NCBI RefSeq assembly: GCF_055900595.2
Contig: NZ_CM148325.1
Reading direction: 5' to 3' (one strand)
Length of the DNA: 64,000 nt
A program made the translations under genes and the position numbers. Shown in pieces: positions 11,380-23,623 of this stretch (positions are counted from its first letter, which is position 1; every line of letters begins with the position of its first letter). The notes below the pieces were generated by a model, which saw only the letters and a list, made by a program, of their open reading frames with translations, had not been told where the DNA came from and made no database searches.

Positions 11380-12645
11380 TTACGGTTTGAAGTCCAATGG
11401 CGCATTTTTGAACACTTCATATACTGCCTGGCTTGGTGGTTTCGGGATCTTCGCAAGTTTAGCTGCTGCCAACGCAGCCTGACAAAGTGCGGGATCGCCA
11501 CCTTCAGGTTTGATATCCAGTAACATACCATCGGGTGCCAGTTTTATGCGCAGCGTACAGGTCTTGCCTGCATAGGACGATGCGTCATAGAACTTACTTT
11601 CGATAGCAGATTTAATCTGCCCGGCATAGTTATTGATATCGGCCCCTGATGCGCCATTGTTTTTAGTATTACCACTCCCGGCAGGCGAAGCATTGTTCCC
11701 TTTCGCCCCTCCCCCCGTTTTCGGTGCATTCTTACCAGAGCTTAGCTCACCGAAAATATCATCTGCCTCTGCGGCAGCTTTTGCTGCAGCGGCTTTTTCA
11801 GCTGCAGCTTTTGCCGCTGCCGCTTTTTTGTCTGCGGCGGCTTTTTCTGCCGCTGCTTTCTTATCAGCTGCTGCCTTTTCAGCAGCCGCTTTTTCTGCTG
11901 CTTTTTTGTCGGCTGCAGCTTTCTCTGCCGCTGCTTTCTTATCAGCTGCAGCCTTTTCAGCAGCCGCTTTCTTCTCAGCTTCTGCCTTGGTTTTTTCAGC
12001 AGCTTCAGTTGCCGCTTTTTTTCTTGCTTCAGCTGCAGCTGCTTCTGCCGCTTCCGCTTTCTTCTTCAGCGCCGCAGCGGCTGCTTCGGCTTTTTTCTGC
12101 GCTTCGGCTGCGGCTTTGGCGGCTTCTGCTTCTGCTTTTTTCTTCGCGTCTGCAGCCGCTTTCTTCGCTGCTTCTTCCGCAGCTTTTGCATCCGCTTCAG
12201 CCTTCGCTTTAGCATCTGCCGCCGCTTTCGCTGCCGCCTCTTCCGCTTGCTTCTGCTTTAACTCGGCCTGTTTTGCGGCTTCTTCAGCCTGCTTTTTCTG
12301 CTCCTGAGCCGCTAACCGCTCTTTCTCAAGTTGCTTCAGGCGTTCCTGTTCAGCCGCTTGTTTCTCACGCAGTTCTTCCGCAGCCTGCTGTTCCTTCATC
12401 TTGCGCTGCTCATCAGAACGCTTCGCGCTTGATTCCTGGCTTTGCATGCGTTTGTACTGCTCAACTACCGCACCTGAATCAACCATTACAGCGTCGATGG
12501 ACGAACCACCGCCGCCTCCGGCTGAAGCTTCTATATTCTCATCGAACGAACTCCAGATCAGCGCCGCAAATAAGATGACATGCAGCACTGCTGAAATAAT
12601 TATCGCCCGCTTGAGCTTGTCGTTTTGTTCGGTTGCCTTTGACAC
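11380..12645 (-). CDS. tolA: Tol-Pal system protein TolA
   Basis: 421 aa ORF with N-terminal TM anchor, long Ala/Lys/Glu-rich helical domain II and C-terminal domain III. Confidence 0.9.
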   Translation of the reverse strand: MSKATEQNDKLKRAIIISAVLHVILFAALIWSSFDENIEASAGGGGGSSIDAVMVDSGAVVEQYKRMQSQESSAKRSDEQRKMKEQQAAEELREKQAAEQERLKQLEKERLAAQEQKKQAEEAAKQAELKQKQAEEAAAKAAADAKAKAEADAKAAEEAAKKAAADAKKKAEAEAAKAAAEAQKKAEAAAAALKKKAEAAEAAAAEARKKAATEAAEKTKAEAEKKAAAEKAAADKKAAAEKAAADKKAAEKAAAEKAAADKKAAAEKAAADKKAAAAKAAAEKAAAAKAAAEADDIFGELSSGKNAPKTGGGAKGNNASPAGSGNTKNNGASGADINNYAGQIKSAIESKFYDASSYAGKTCTLRIKLAPDGMLLDIKPEGGDPALCQAALAAAKLAKIPKPPSQAVYEVFKNAPLDFKP

Positions 12646-12709
12646 TCTCGGTTTCCAAAAACTGTTCGCCTGTTACCCGCTCTCTTTCAAGCTAGGGAAA
12701 CGCAGATGT

Positions 12710-13138
12710 TTAGATAGGCTGCGTCATTAAACCAACCGATTTCACACCCGCACTATGTAACAAGTTCAGTGCTTTAATTATTTCATCGTAAGGCACATCT
12801 TTTGCGCCACCGATCAGAAAGACCGTTTTCGGGTTGGCCTTGAAACGGCTGGACACTTCCGCCACCACCTGCTCTGGTGGTAAACGCTCCAGGCGATCTT
12901 TCTCAACCATCACGGTGTACTGACCAATACCAGACACTTCAACAATCACTGGCGGATTATCGTTACTGCTCACCGCCTGTGATTCAGTAGCGTCTGGCAG
13001 ATCGACCTCCACGCTCTGGGTGATGATGGGCGCTGTCGCCATAAAGATCAGCAACAGCACCAGCAGTACGTCCAGCAACGGTACAATGTTGATTTCGGAC
13101 TTGAGATCGCGACGACCTCGTCCACGCGCTCTGGCCAT
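12710..13138 (-). CDS. tolR: Tol-Pal system protein TolR
   Basis: 142 aa ExbD/TolR-family ORF. Confidence 0.9.
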   Translation of the reverse strand: MARARGRGRRDLKSEINIVPLLDVLLVLLLIFMATAPIITQSVEVDLPDATESQAVSSNDNPPVIVEVSGIGQYTVMVEKDRLERLPPEQVVAEVSSRFKANPKTVFLIGGAKDVPYDEIIKALNLLHSAGVKSVGLMTQPI

Positions 13139-13141
13139 GGC

Positions 13142-14235
<1,094 letters not shown>

Positions 14236-14336
14236 TTTACATCCCGGTAATGCAACAAAAGTTAGAGCTTTTAAACGCTGCTACTATACGCGCGCGATTG
14301 AGGTTTGGGAATGAGGGCAAGTTAAGGGAGCGTAAA

Positions 14337-14372
14337 AATTTATGGGCCTGAAGCGGCCCATAAATTTTTAAA
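14337..14372 (-). terminator. intrinsic terminator after ybgE (end of cydABX-ybgE unit), possibly bidirectional
   Basis: atttatgggcc-gcttca-ggcccataaat hairpin flanked by A and T runs. Confidence 0.5.
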
Positions 14373-14384
14373 GAGAATTCTGAT

Positions 14385-14678
14385 TTAAAAGAAGAAGAAA
14401 ATCAGCCCGACAATGAGAACAATATCGGCAAGCAAAGGGCAAAAAATCCCTTGCCAGAGAACCTTCTGCGGACGAAAGCCCACGCCGTGAATAACACCAG
14501 CACAGACGGCCCACATCAGCAATAAACCATGCCAGATTTCCAGTTCACTGGTCTTCGCGGCGAAACGTGACGGGTCCCAAAACATACATCCTGCTAACAG
14601 AAGCGCCATCACGAAGGAAAGCGCCCGCAGGGGGCGCTTGTCCATTACCGCATACAAGGTTGCGATAATCTTACTCAT
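14385..14678 (-). CDS. ybgE: small membrane protein YbgE
   Basis: 97 aa hydrophobic ORF immediately downstream of cydX. Confidence 0.8.
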   Translation of the reverse strand: MSKIIATLYAVMDKRPLRALSFVMALLLAGCMFWDPSRFAAKTSELEIWHGLLLMWAVCAGVIHGVGFRPQKVLWQGIFCPLLADIVLIVGLIFFFF

Positions 14679-14791
14679 CAGATGTCTTCTTGACCGGCTT
14701 TGCCTGATTCGACGTGCTCAAGCGCCAGCGCGGTGATTACCCCAAATGAACAGGCAAGAAGCGTTCCCAGAATCCATGCGAAATACCACAT
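14678..14791 (-). CDS. cydX: cytochrome bd-I accessory subunit CydX (37 aa)
   Basis: Manual translation gives MWYFAWILGTLLACSFGVITALALEHVESGKAGQEDI*; its stop overlaps the ybgE ATG (ATGA). Below the ORF-track length threshold. Confidence 0.85.
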   Translation of the reverse strand: MWYFAWILGTLLACSFGVITALALEHVESGKAGQEDI

Positions 14792-14805
14792 TTTTAGCTC
14801 CTTAC

Positions 14806-15945
14806 TTAGTACAGAGAGTGGGTGTTACGTTCAATATCTTCTTTGGTGATACGACCGAACATTTTCCAGTAGCACCAAGCGGTGTAGAGCAGAATGATCG
14901 GTACCAGAACCACCGCAACCCAGGTCATGACGTTAAGCGTCAGCTGGCTGGAAGTTGCATCCCACATTGTCAGACTTGCGTTCATCATGGTGCTGGACGG
15001 CATCACAAACGGGAACATTGCAATACCGGCAGTCAGGATGATGCAGGCCAGCGTCAGGGAGGAGAACACAAACGCCCACGCCGCTTTATCCATACGTGCA
15101 GTCAGAATGGTCAGCAGAGGCAGAACCACACCCAGTACCGGAATAGCCCACAGAATCGGCGTGTTGTTGAAGTTCACCAACCATGCGCCAGCTTCACGAA
15201 CCACTTCTTTATTCAGTGGGTTAGATGCCGCGTAATGGTCCATTGTTGATTTCACAACATAACCATCGATACCGTACATCACCCATACGCCAGCCAGTGC
15301 GAAGCAGACCAGTGTCACCAGTGCCGCCACCTGAGCCGTTGCACGGGTACGCAGGTGCAGTTCGCCCACGGTACGCATCTGCAGATAGGTTGCGCCCTGA
15401 GTAATGATCATCCCTACGCTCACCACGCCAGCCAGCAGGCCGAACGGGTTAAGCAGCTGGAAGAAGTTACCGGTGTAGTACAGACGCAGGTATTCATCAA
15501 CGTTAAACGGTACGCCCTGCAACAGGTTACCGAACGCCACACCAATCACCAGCGGCGGAACGAAGCTACCAATGAAGATGCCCCAGTCCCACATGTTACG
15601 CCAGCGGGTTTCTTCAATCTTGGAGCGGTAGTCAAAACCGACCGGACGGAAGAACAGAGACGCCAGCACGAGGATCATCGCGACATAGAAGCCGGAGAAC
15701 GCAGCGGCATAGACCATCGGCCAGGCAGCAAACAGAGCGCCACCCGCAGTGATCAGCCATACCTGGTTACCGTCCCAGTGTGGTGCGATGGAGTTAATCA
15801 TAATTCGACGCTCGGTGTCGTTACGACCGAGGAAACGGGTGAGCATGCCCACCCCCATGTCGAAACCGTCAGTGACTGCAAAACCAATCAGCAGAACGCC
15901 AACCAGCAGCCACCAGATAAAACGCAATACTTCATAATCGATCAT
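14806..15945 (-). CDS. cydB: cytochrome bd-I ubiquinol oxidase subunit II
   Basis: 379 aa polytopic ORF matching CydB. Confidence 0.95.
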   Translation of the reverse strand: MIDYEVLRFIWWLLVGVLLIGFAVTDGFDMGVGMLTRFLGRNDTERRIMINSIAPHWDGNQVWLITAGGALFAAWPMVYAAAFSGFYVAMILVLASLFFRPVGFDYRSKIEETRWRNMWDWGIFIGSFVPPLVIGVAFGNLLQGVPFNVDEYLRLYYTGNFFQLLNPFGLLAGVVSVGMIITQGATYLQMRTVGELHLRTRATAQVAALVTLVCFALAGVWVMYGIDGYVVKSTMDHYAASNPLNKEVVREAGAWLVNFNNTPILWAIPVLGVVLPLLTILTARMDKAAWAFVFSSLTLACIILTAGIAMFPFVMPSSTMMNASLTMWDATSSQLTLNVMTWVAVVLVPIILLYTAWCYWKMFGRITKEDIERNTHSLY

Positions 15946-15960
15946 TTGACGACTCCTGTC

Positions 15961-17529
15961 TTAGCGTGCCGGCTGAGTAGTCGTGGAAGACTGCTCAAAG
16001 TGATAGCGACCGGTTTTCAGGCTGCTTGGGCCGAGGCGTGCAAACTTGAACATTAAGAACAATTCTGCCACCAGGAACAGGGTATACAGGCCACAAATCA
16101 GCACCATCGAGAAGATGAGGTCGCCTGCGGTCAGTGACGAGTTCGCTACAGCTGTCGGCAGCACTTCACCGATAGCCCAAGGTTGGCGACCATATTCAGC
16201 CACGAACCAGCCCGCTTCTACAGCAATCCACGGCAGCGGAATACCGTACAGTGCGGCGCGCAGCAGCCATTTTTTCTCGCCAATACGGTTGCGGATGACA
16301 CTCCAGAAAGAGAGCGCGATGATTGCCAGCAGCAGGAAGCCACACGCCACCATGATACGGAACGCGAAGTACAGCGGCGCTACACGTGGAATGGAGTCTT
16401 TGGTTGCCTGTTGAATCTGCGCTTCAGTTGCATCCGCCACGTTTGGCGTATAGCGTTTCAGCAGCAGACCGTAACCGAGGTCTTTCTTCATGCTATTGAA
16501 CTGGTCACGAACCGCCTGGTCAGTAGAACCAGAACGCAGTTGCTCGAGCAGAGAGTACGCCTTCATCCCGTTACGGATGCGTTCTTCATGCTGCACCATC
16601 AGCTCTTTCAGGCCGATAACCGGGGTATCCACGGAACGCGTTGCAATGATGCCCAGCGCGTAAGGGATCTGGATCGCAAATTTGTTCGTCTCCTCTTCCT
16701 GATCAGGAATGCCGAACAGAGTAAAGGCAGCAGGTGCAGGTTGCGTTTCCCACTCGGCTTCAATAGCAGCCAGTTTGGTTTTCTGCACGTCGCCCATTTC
16801 ATAACCAGATTCATCACCCAGAACAATAACAGACAGAACGGCAGCCATACCGAAGCTGGCAGCGATAGCAAAGGAGCGTTTAGCAAAGGCGAAGTCACGA
16901 CCTTTCAACATATACCATGCGCTGATACCGAGGATGAACATCGCGCCAGTCACATAACCAGACGCTACAGTGTGAACGAATTTCACCTGAGCAACCGGGT
17001 TAAGCACCAGCTCGGAGAAGCTCACCATCTCCATACGCATAGTTTCAAAGTTGAAATCGGATGCGATTGGGTTTTGCATCCAGCCGTTCGCAACCAGAAT
17101 CCACAGTGCGGACAGGTTTGAACCAAGCGCCACCAGCCAGGTGACACACATATGCTGAACTTTACCCAGACGATCCCAACCGAAGAAGAACAGACCTACA
17201 AAGGTGGATTCGAGGAAGAAGGCCATCAGACCTTCGATTGCCAGCGGCGCACCGAAGATATCCCCTACATAGTGGGAATAGTAAGACCAGTTAGTCCCGA
17301 ACTGGAACTCCATGGTCAGACCGGTTGCCACACCCAGAGCGAAGTTGATACCAAACAACTTGCCCCAGAACTTGGTCATATCTTTATAAATCTGTTTGCC
17401 GGAAAGGACGTAGACCGTTTCCATAATGGCCAGCAGGAACGCCATACCGAGCGTCAGTGGCACAAAAAGGAAGTGGTACATCGCGGTCAAGGCAAACTGT
17501 AAGCGCGACAGTTCGACTATATCTAACAT
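15961..17529 (-). CDS. cydA: cytochrome bd-I ubiquinol oxidase subunit I
   Basis: Matches remembered CydA ([20 protein letters not shown]...); the ORF extends one codon further to 17532. Confidence 0.95.
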
Positions 17530-17866
17530 CATGACTCCTTGCTCATCGCATGAAGACTCCGAGAGTGAACCCCGTTAGAAAGGGTCACACGCATGCCCCA
17601 ATACAAAATTATTTGCTCGCCTCTATCGCTGTCTTTTCCTCAAAAGTGGAAAAGACAATGATAAAAAAGTTACAAATATGTTAATGAATAAACCAAATTG
17701 ATCCCGTAATTATATTACGCCGCAAAATCCTTACAATAAACAGGTTTTTATTGAGCAAATTTGCATTTTTCGACAGTGATCAATTTATAGCGAAATTGTC
17801 ACGCCCCCACCAATTTGATCTACGACAATTTATCGTGTTTTGCAGATTTTTTTCAAGAATTAAAAA

Positions 17867-17880
17867 TTGATTAATATCAA
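17867..17880 (-). promoter_or_regulatory. FNR-consensus site in the cydAB upstream region
   Basis: TTGAT-taat-ATCAA, an exact match to TTGAT-N4-ATCAA, about 340 bp upstream of the cydA start; cydAB is a known FNR/ArcA-regulated operon. Confidence 0.45.
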
Positions 17881-18332
17881 AATCAATCGAATATGTTAAT
17901 TATGTATAAATCATAGACCATTGGTAATTTTATTGTTAATTTATTGTGAAATATTTACGTAACACAATTATTACAATAAAAAGACATAGATAAAAAACCA
18001 GTGTTTTATTTAACAGAATCGCCTTATCAACTTTTTATAATACCAATTGATTAGAGTAGCCAATTTGTTGCTATTTTACATAACATATTTTTATCAAAGT
18101 TAATTGATTGTTGCCTTTATGAGCATCGCCGTAAGACCGCCATGTTATTGTTTCATTTGTAATAATCACCAATAAGTATCGATGAGAGAGATATCGCTTA
18201 ACAGAGGCGACTGTGTCTGCATGAACACAGGCACTTTCGTCTGATAAACGAAAAATGAGCGATTTTTGCAAGTTAGTTTTTCTATAGCCGGGTACGCTGA
18301 GCGCCTCGCTTGATTACAATGAGGTTGCTGCC

Positions 18333-19277
18333 ATGGGTCTTGATAATATAGGTTATGTTGTCAATCGCTTCTCTGGTTGGCCATCAAATGATCCTCTAAA
18401 AACAGATAACGAATCAATGACATCACCCGTGACTGTGCAGGTAATAAAGTTGATTGCCGCCATCCTTGACCCACATCGGATAGTCGTTGGTATCGATACA
18501 CTTTATACAACGCAGCGCAAAACATTTACCTCAGAGGGTCAACAACTCATTGAATCAGCATTGAAAACACTTAATGTGATGAATTTAAATAACCTGGAAA
18601 CAGATCGCGATGAGGAGGGTAACTATCTGGCTTTTGGATATAACGTTGACACTCCTGACAGAATAACCGTTTCTGCTTATAATGAAAAAAAACCTTTCTG
18701 TTATGGCCAATGTCTTTTAATACAGGATGAAGAACCAGATTTATTTAACCTGGTAAAAATTAAAACCTTTGAAGCCAGGCATAATTATGTTTCTAAATTG
18801 ATGAGCGATCCGGAATTTATGTTTAAATTCAGTTATAGCACCCAACAAAATAGATTAGAACCTCATCTTCTGGTTCCCACTTATTTCCCTCTAAAAACAA
18901 ACCAACCGGTTACGCTAGAGGATGTACTGATACTTTATCGTTTCTTTAAAATGAATGGCGATTTTAATATATTAACATCAGATGAATACATGAGTATCAT
19001 GACACCTCTGATGAAGTGTGAGCGTAGTGTCCACGACCATAACAGGTATGTGACGGGCAAAGATGCTCTTCTTCTGGACAATCCTCCGTCTGGTAACCAG
19101 ATATATTTCCATATTTCCCCTGACGAATCAGCAACACTTGTCCTTTATTTTTCAGACAATAACCTTGAATCCTTCGTCTTTGAAAATGATATTCCGAGCC
19201 AGTATCGACATTTCAAAATGTTTACCAATTTAGCACTAGTTATTGATCAGTTAACCGACGCCAATCAAATACTTTAA
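18333..19277 (+). CDS. hypothetical protein (314 aa), AT-rich, no recognisable domain
   Basis: ATG start with GAGG about 10 nt upstream; codon composition visibly more AT-rich than flanking core genes; I recognise no motif. Confidence 0.5.
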   Translation: MGLDNIGYVVNRFSGWPSNDPLKTDNESMTSPVTVQVIKLIAAILDPHRIVVGIDTLYTTQRKTFTSEGQQLIESALKTLNVMNLNNLETDRDEEGNYLAFGYNVDTPDRITVSAYNEKKPFCYGQCLLIQDEEPDLFNLVKIKTFEARHNYVSKLMSDPEFMFKFSYSTQQNRLEPHLLVPTYFPLKTNQPVTLEDVLILYRFFKMNGDFNILTSDEYMSIMTPLMKCERSVHDHNRYVTGKDALLLDNPPSGNQIYFHISPDESATLVLYFSDNNLESFVFENDIPSQYRHFKMFTNLALVIDQLTDANQIL

Positions 19278-19356
19278 TTTTCTATACAGCCCTGTGTAAA
19301 ATATTGCTAATCAGTGCCCGGGGTTGATTTTTATTCCTCACGGTGATATTTAAATC

Positions 19357-19779
19357 ATGACCCCATCTCAGCTCTCTTTTAATACTCTTCCTGTCAATGC
19401 AACATGCACTTCAGAGATAACAGTAAACACACAAAAATTCTCTGACATCCTCTACTCAGTGGGGTATTCCCTAAAGGATCTGGCTTATCTGAGCAGATGT
19501 CTTGCATCATTACACCCGACACTCGCCAAAAACATTTATGAAACGGAAAATCTCAGCGATCAAAAATTACTTTATATAGATTGCCGTAGTACAAATGAAA
19601 TCAAGATAAATATCTTTTTTGGTCAGCAACGAGAAGGATTAATTGAAATTAGTTCTGACACAGTCATTTTTTCGATACTGTCTTCATTGATTGACTCAGC
19701 TATTTCTGAACATCGACATCAAATCACCATTAACGATTCAAATAATTCTGAACTATTTTATGAGGATTATACTGATTAA
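19357..19779 (+). CDS. hypothetical small acidic protein (140 aa)
   Basis: ORF 80 bp downstream of the previous ORF on the same strand; AT-rich; acidic C-terminus; no recognisable motif. Confidence 0.45.
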   Translation: MTPSQLSFNTLPVNATCTSEITVNTQKFSDILYSVGYSLKDLAYLSRCLASLHPTLAKNIYETENLSDQKLLYIDCRSTNEIKINIFFGQQREGLIEISSDTVIFSILSSLIDSAISEHRHQITINDSNNSELFYEDYTD

Positions 19780-20321
19780 ATCCACTCTGTGCGAACCTGT
19801 CCTGCATTTATGCCAGAAGTATTAGAATCTTTGATTAACGTTACTCGTACTGGTAGCACCTTCATGTGCCTCTCTTTTTTACGAACAATCAAAAGAACTA
19901 ACAAAGGGCATAATTCGTATAAATCATTAACCATTTGTTATATTCAACATTTTTTTACATTAAGCAGAGATGAATTGCAGTGAAATTCAAGTTAAATTTT
20001 ACAAAATGTATTACTCATGGCTAAAAAATCTCCCCAAAATGCAAATTAGAAGTTGATCACAATTATCTCAATACATCAAATAAAGTTAATTTTAAAAATT
20101 TAACATTCATGACATTAGTTGACATAACACGCTGAATTAAAATGAGAATTTAAAAACACACTTTAAACAATCATTTCCCGAAAGACATTTTGAAAATAGA
20201 TCAATTGCAACATTACGGTCAGATAAAGACACTCCTCTGATATTAAACCTGTGCCGTTATGAACGGCCATAAATACGACGTGTGTAACTTAATTTACTCT
20301 CTGTCTTACAAAGGATTACCC

Positions 20322-20771
20322 ATGAAGAAAGCAACACTTGTGATTGGCGTTATTGGCGCGGACTGCCATGCAGTAGGCAATAAAGTTCTGGACCGCGTTT
20401 TTAGCAACCATGACTTCAGAGTCATTAATCTGGGCGTAATGGTCAGCCAGGACGAATATATTGATGCTGCCATTGAAACTGGCGCTGACGCGATTGTCGT
20501 CTCCTCTATCTATGGGCATGGCGATATCGATTGTCTGGGCATGCGCGAACGCTGCATCGAGCGTGGGCTGGGTAACATCCTGCTCTATGTGGGCGGTAAC
20601 CTGGTGGTCGGAAAACATGACTTCGCTGACGTGGAAACCAAGTTCAAAGAGATGGGATTTGATCGCGTCTTTTCCCCAAGTCATGACTTAGAAGATGTTT
20701 GTCAGCTGATGGCCCACGATATCAACCAACGTCATGACGTTGATACTCGCATTCTTGAAGAGGCAATCTGA
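20322..20771 (+). CDS. glmS: glutamate mutase sigma (S) subunit, B12-binding
   Basis: [24 protein letters not shown]... aligns with the clostridial GlmS/MutS B12-binding subunit (DxHxxG-type motif in [10 protein letters not shown]); ORF track begins 21 codons earlier. Confidence 0.85.
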   Translation: MKKATLVIGVIGADCHAVGNKVLDRVFSNHDFRVINLGVMVSQDEYIDAAIETGADAIVVSSIYGHGDIDCLGMRERCIERGLGNILLYVGGNLVVGKHDFADVETKFKEMGFDRVFSPSHDLEDVCQLMAHDINQRHDVDTRILEEAI

Positions 20772-22159
20772 TGCAAATCGTCTCTGTCGATATTGGATCG
20801 ACGTGGACCAAAGCAGCCCTCTTCACCCGGGAGGGGGACGCGTTAACGTTGGTTAACCACGTTCTGACCCCAACCACCACCCATCATCTGGCGAAGGGGT
20901 TTTTCTCCAGCCTGGACCAGGTGTTAAACGTAGATGATGCCCTCCCCCTGTTAAACAGTGGTGAGGTTGCATTGAAGTATTCCTCCTCTGCCAAAGGTGG
21001 GCTGGCGGTTGCCGCAATGGGATTAGTGCCTTCTATCACTCTGGAAACCGCGAAAGTAACCGCTCACTCTGCGGGTGCTAAAATTGCGCAATATTACGCC
21101 TACAAGCTGAACCGCCGTGATATCCAGGCACTGGAAGAAACGCAGCCCGATATTCTCTTGTTCACCGGCGGCACCGACGGCGGAGAAGAAAGCTACGGAC
21201 TGAATAACGCCCGTGTGCTGGCAGAATCCAAACTCGACTGCGCCATTATTTATGCCGGAAACCGGGATATTCAGGACAAGGTGCAGGAGATCCTCGGGCA
21301 TAAAGACCTGACCATCGTCGACAACGTTCTGCCCGATCTTGACCATCCGAACCCTTTAGCTGCACGCCAGGCTATCTGCGACATATTCCTTAAACGCATC
21401 GTTAAAGGGAAAGGGCTGGATGTCATTGTTGATAAAACAGGCGAAGAACCAATGCCGACACCATGGACGGTCTTTGAACTGGTTAAGGCAATCAGTAACG
21501 TCGATCACAGCTGGAAAGAGTTCATGCTGATCGACATGGGCGGCGCAACCACCGATGTCTATTCCGCCTGTGCCAACACGCTCTCGCCCGACACTGTTTT
21601 ACATGGCGTACCGGAACCCTTCGTAAAACGGACGGTGGAAGGCGATCTGGGAATGCGCGTCTCGGCAATGGTGGTTGGTGAAAGTGCGAAAGAGTTAGTC
21701 AGTGTGAATTTTGCTCAGCAACCCGCACAGTTGGACGCTTTTTATCATTACCTCCGTCATCTAGTCGCTCATCCCGACTACTTACCCGCGAATGCAGATG
21801 AAAAATATTTCGATACCGTCCTGGCCGGACTGTGTGTGGGTTATGCCACCGAAAGACATGCGGGCACCAAAAAAGAGGTCTGCACCTGCGTCGGCAATGT
21901 CGATTTACAGATGGGACGTGACCTGACAACCGTGCGTAAAGTCGTGGGTTCCGGCGGATGGCTCTCGCGTGCCAGTCAGTTCGATATGCATCGCTGGTTG
22001 AAATACCGCGAGTTAAACGACGACGGTAAACGCATTCTCTTACCGACCGAATTTGAATATTACCGCGATTCCCGGGGGCTATTACCACTGCTGGCAAACG
22101 TCGCCAGAGTCGATCCGCTGGCCGCCGCGCGCACCAGTATTCAATGCTTAACCCTATAA
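20771..22159 (+). CDS. glmL: glutamate mutase-associated protein GlmL/MutL
   Basis: 462 aa ORF between the S and E subunit genes, start overlapping the glmS stop; same position and size as clostridial glmL. Confidence 0.75.
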   Translation: MQIVSVDIGSTWTKAALFTREGDALTLVNHVLTPTTTHHLAKGFFSSLDQVLNVDDALPLLNSGEVALKYSSSAKGGLAVAAMGLVPSITLETAKVTAHSAGAKIAQYYAYKLNRRDIQALEETQPDILLFTGGTDGGEESYGLNNARVLAESKLDCAIIYAGNRDIQDKVQEILGHKDLTIVDNVLPDLDHPNPLAARQAICDIFLKRIVKGKGLDVIVDKTGEEPMPTPWTVFELVKAISNVDHSWKEFMLIDMGGATTDVYSACANTLSPDTVLHGVPEPFVKRTVEGDLGMRVSAMVVGESAKELVSVNFAQQPAQLDAFYHYLRHLVAHPDYLPANADEKYFDTVLAGLCVGYATERHAGTKKEVCTCVGNVDLQMGRDLTTVRKVVGSGGWLSRASQFDMHRWLKYRELNDDGKRILLPTEFEYYRDSRGLLPLLANVARVDPLAAARTSIQCLTL

Positions 22160-22177
22160 CAATTAAGGCTGCAATCA

Positions 22178-23623
22178 ATGGAACTTCGAAATAAGAAATT
22201 AACCCATGACGAATTCATGACCGAGCGGCAACAGGTATTGAAAACCTGGGAAACCGGCAAGGATGTTGAAAACTTTGAAGATGGCGTTAAATACCAACAA
22301 ACCATTCCTGAGCATAAACGCTTCTCTCTTGCCCTGCTGAAAGCAGACAAGGAAGGTAAAACCCTTAGCCAACCGCGCGCAGGCGTGGCGCTGATGGACG
22401 AACACATCGAACTACTGAAAACACTACAAGAAGAGTGCGATCTGCTGCCGAGCACTATCGATGCATATACCCGTCTGAATCGGTACGAAGAAGCGGCTGT
22501 AGGGATTAAAAAATCCATCGAAGCCAGAACCTCTAAACTGAACGGTTTACCGGTAGTTAACCACGGCGTCGCAGCTTGCCGTCGCCTCACCGAAACTCTG
22601 CAAAAACCGCTACAGATCCGCCACGGCACGCCAGATGCGCGTCTGCTGGCTGAAATCTCGATGGCCAGCGGCTTTACCAGTTATGAAGGCGGCGGCATTT
22701 CCTACAATATTCCGTATGCCAAGCGCGTAACGCTGGAAAAATCGATCCGCGACTGGCAGTACTGCGATCGTTTAATGGGGATGTACGAAGAACACGGGAT
22801 CCGCATCAACCCCGAACCGTTTGGCCCACTAACGGGTACGCTGATCCCGCCGTTTATCTCGCACTCTATCGCAATAATCGAAGGCTTGCTGGCACTGGAA
22901 CAGGGTGTGAAGTCTATCACCGTTGGTTATGGTCAGGTCGGTAGCCTGACGCAGGATGTTGCGGCGATCCAGTCTCTGCGGGAACTTGCACACGAATACT
23001 TTCAGAGCTATGGCTATACCGACTACGAATTAAGTACCGTGTTTCACCAGTGGATGGGCGGCTTTCCGGAAGACGAATCGAAAGCGTTCGCCATTATCTC
23101 CTGGGGTGCTGCCGTCGCGGGGATGTCTGGTGCTACCAAAGTCATCACCAAAAGTCCGCACGAAGCCTGGGGCATCCCGACTGCTGCTGCCAACATTCAG
23201 GGGCTAAAAGCCTCCCGCCAGATGCTCAACATGGTCAACGAGCAGAAATTCCCGCCGTGCCCGGCGGTTGAACTAGAAATTGAACTGATTAAGAGCGAGG
23301 TTCGCGCGGTACTGAACAAAGTGTTCGAACTGGGTAATGGTGATATTGCGCGCGGTACGGTGCTGGCATTTGAAGCGGGCGTACTGGATGTGCCGTTTGC
23401 GCCAGCCGCCTGCAACGCAGGCAAAATTCTTCCGGTCCGTGACAACACTGGCGCGATTCGCGTACTGGAGGCCGGAGCCGTTCCATTGCCAAAAGATATT
23501 CTCGACCTCCACCACGATTACGTTGCTGAACGCGCGCGCTTTGAAGGACGCCAACCGACATTCCAGATGGTTGTAGATGACATCAATGCTGTATCCCACA
23601 GTAAATTAATAGGAAGACCATAA
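22178..23623 (+). CDS. glmE: glutamate mutase epsilon (E) subunit
   Basis: 481 aa ORF, size and position matching clostridial GlmE; flanked by glmS/glmL and methylaspartase. Confidence 0.85.
   Translation: MELRNKKLTHDEFMTERQQVLKTWETGKDVENFEDGVKYQQTIPEHKRFSLALLKADKEGKTLSQPRAGVALMDEHIELLKTLQEECDLLPSTIDAYTRLNRYEEAAVGIKKSIEARTSKLNGLPVVNHGVAACRRLTETLQKPLQIRHGTPDARLLAEISMASGFTSYEGGGISYNIPYAKRVTLEKSIRDWQYCDRLMGMYEEHGIRINPEPFGPLTGTLIPPFISHSIAIIEGLLALEQGVKSITVGYGQVGSLTQDVAAIQSLRELAHEYFQSYGYTDYELSTVFHQWMGGFPEDESKAFAIISWGAAVAGMSGATKVITKSPHEAWGIPTAAANIQGLKASRQMLNMVNEQKFPPCPAVELEIELIKSEVRAVLNKVFELGNGDIARGTVLAFEAGVLDVPFAPAACNAGKILPVRDNTGAIRVLEAGAVPLPKDILDLHHDYVAERARFEGRQPTFQMVVDDINAVSHSKLIGRP

Noticed and set aside
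11633-12307. Ala/Ser/Phe-rich ORFs antisense to tolA
   Set aside because: Artefacts of the repetitive GCN-rich codons encoding the Ala/Lys/Glu helical domain of TolA; the repeat is a known property of tolA, not a separate element.
18071-18271. 66 aa minus-strand ORF in the cydA upstream region
   Set aside because: Sits in the long AT-rich cydAB regulatory region with no start signals; probably spurious.
19789-19983. 64 aa ORF following the 140 aa hypothetical gene
   Set aside because: Short, no ribosome-binding site, lies in the AT-rich promoter region of the glm operon; more likely non-coding.
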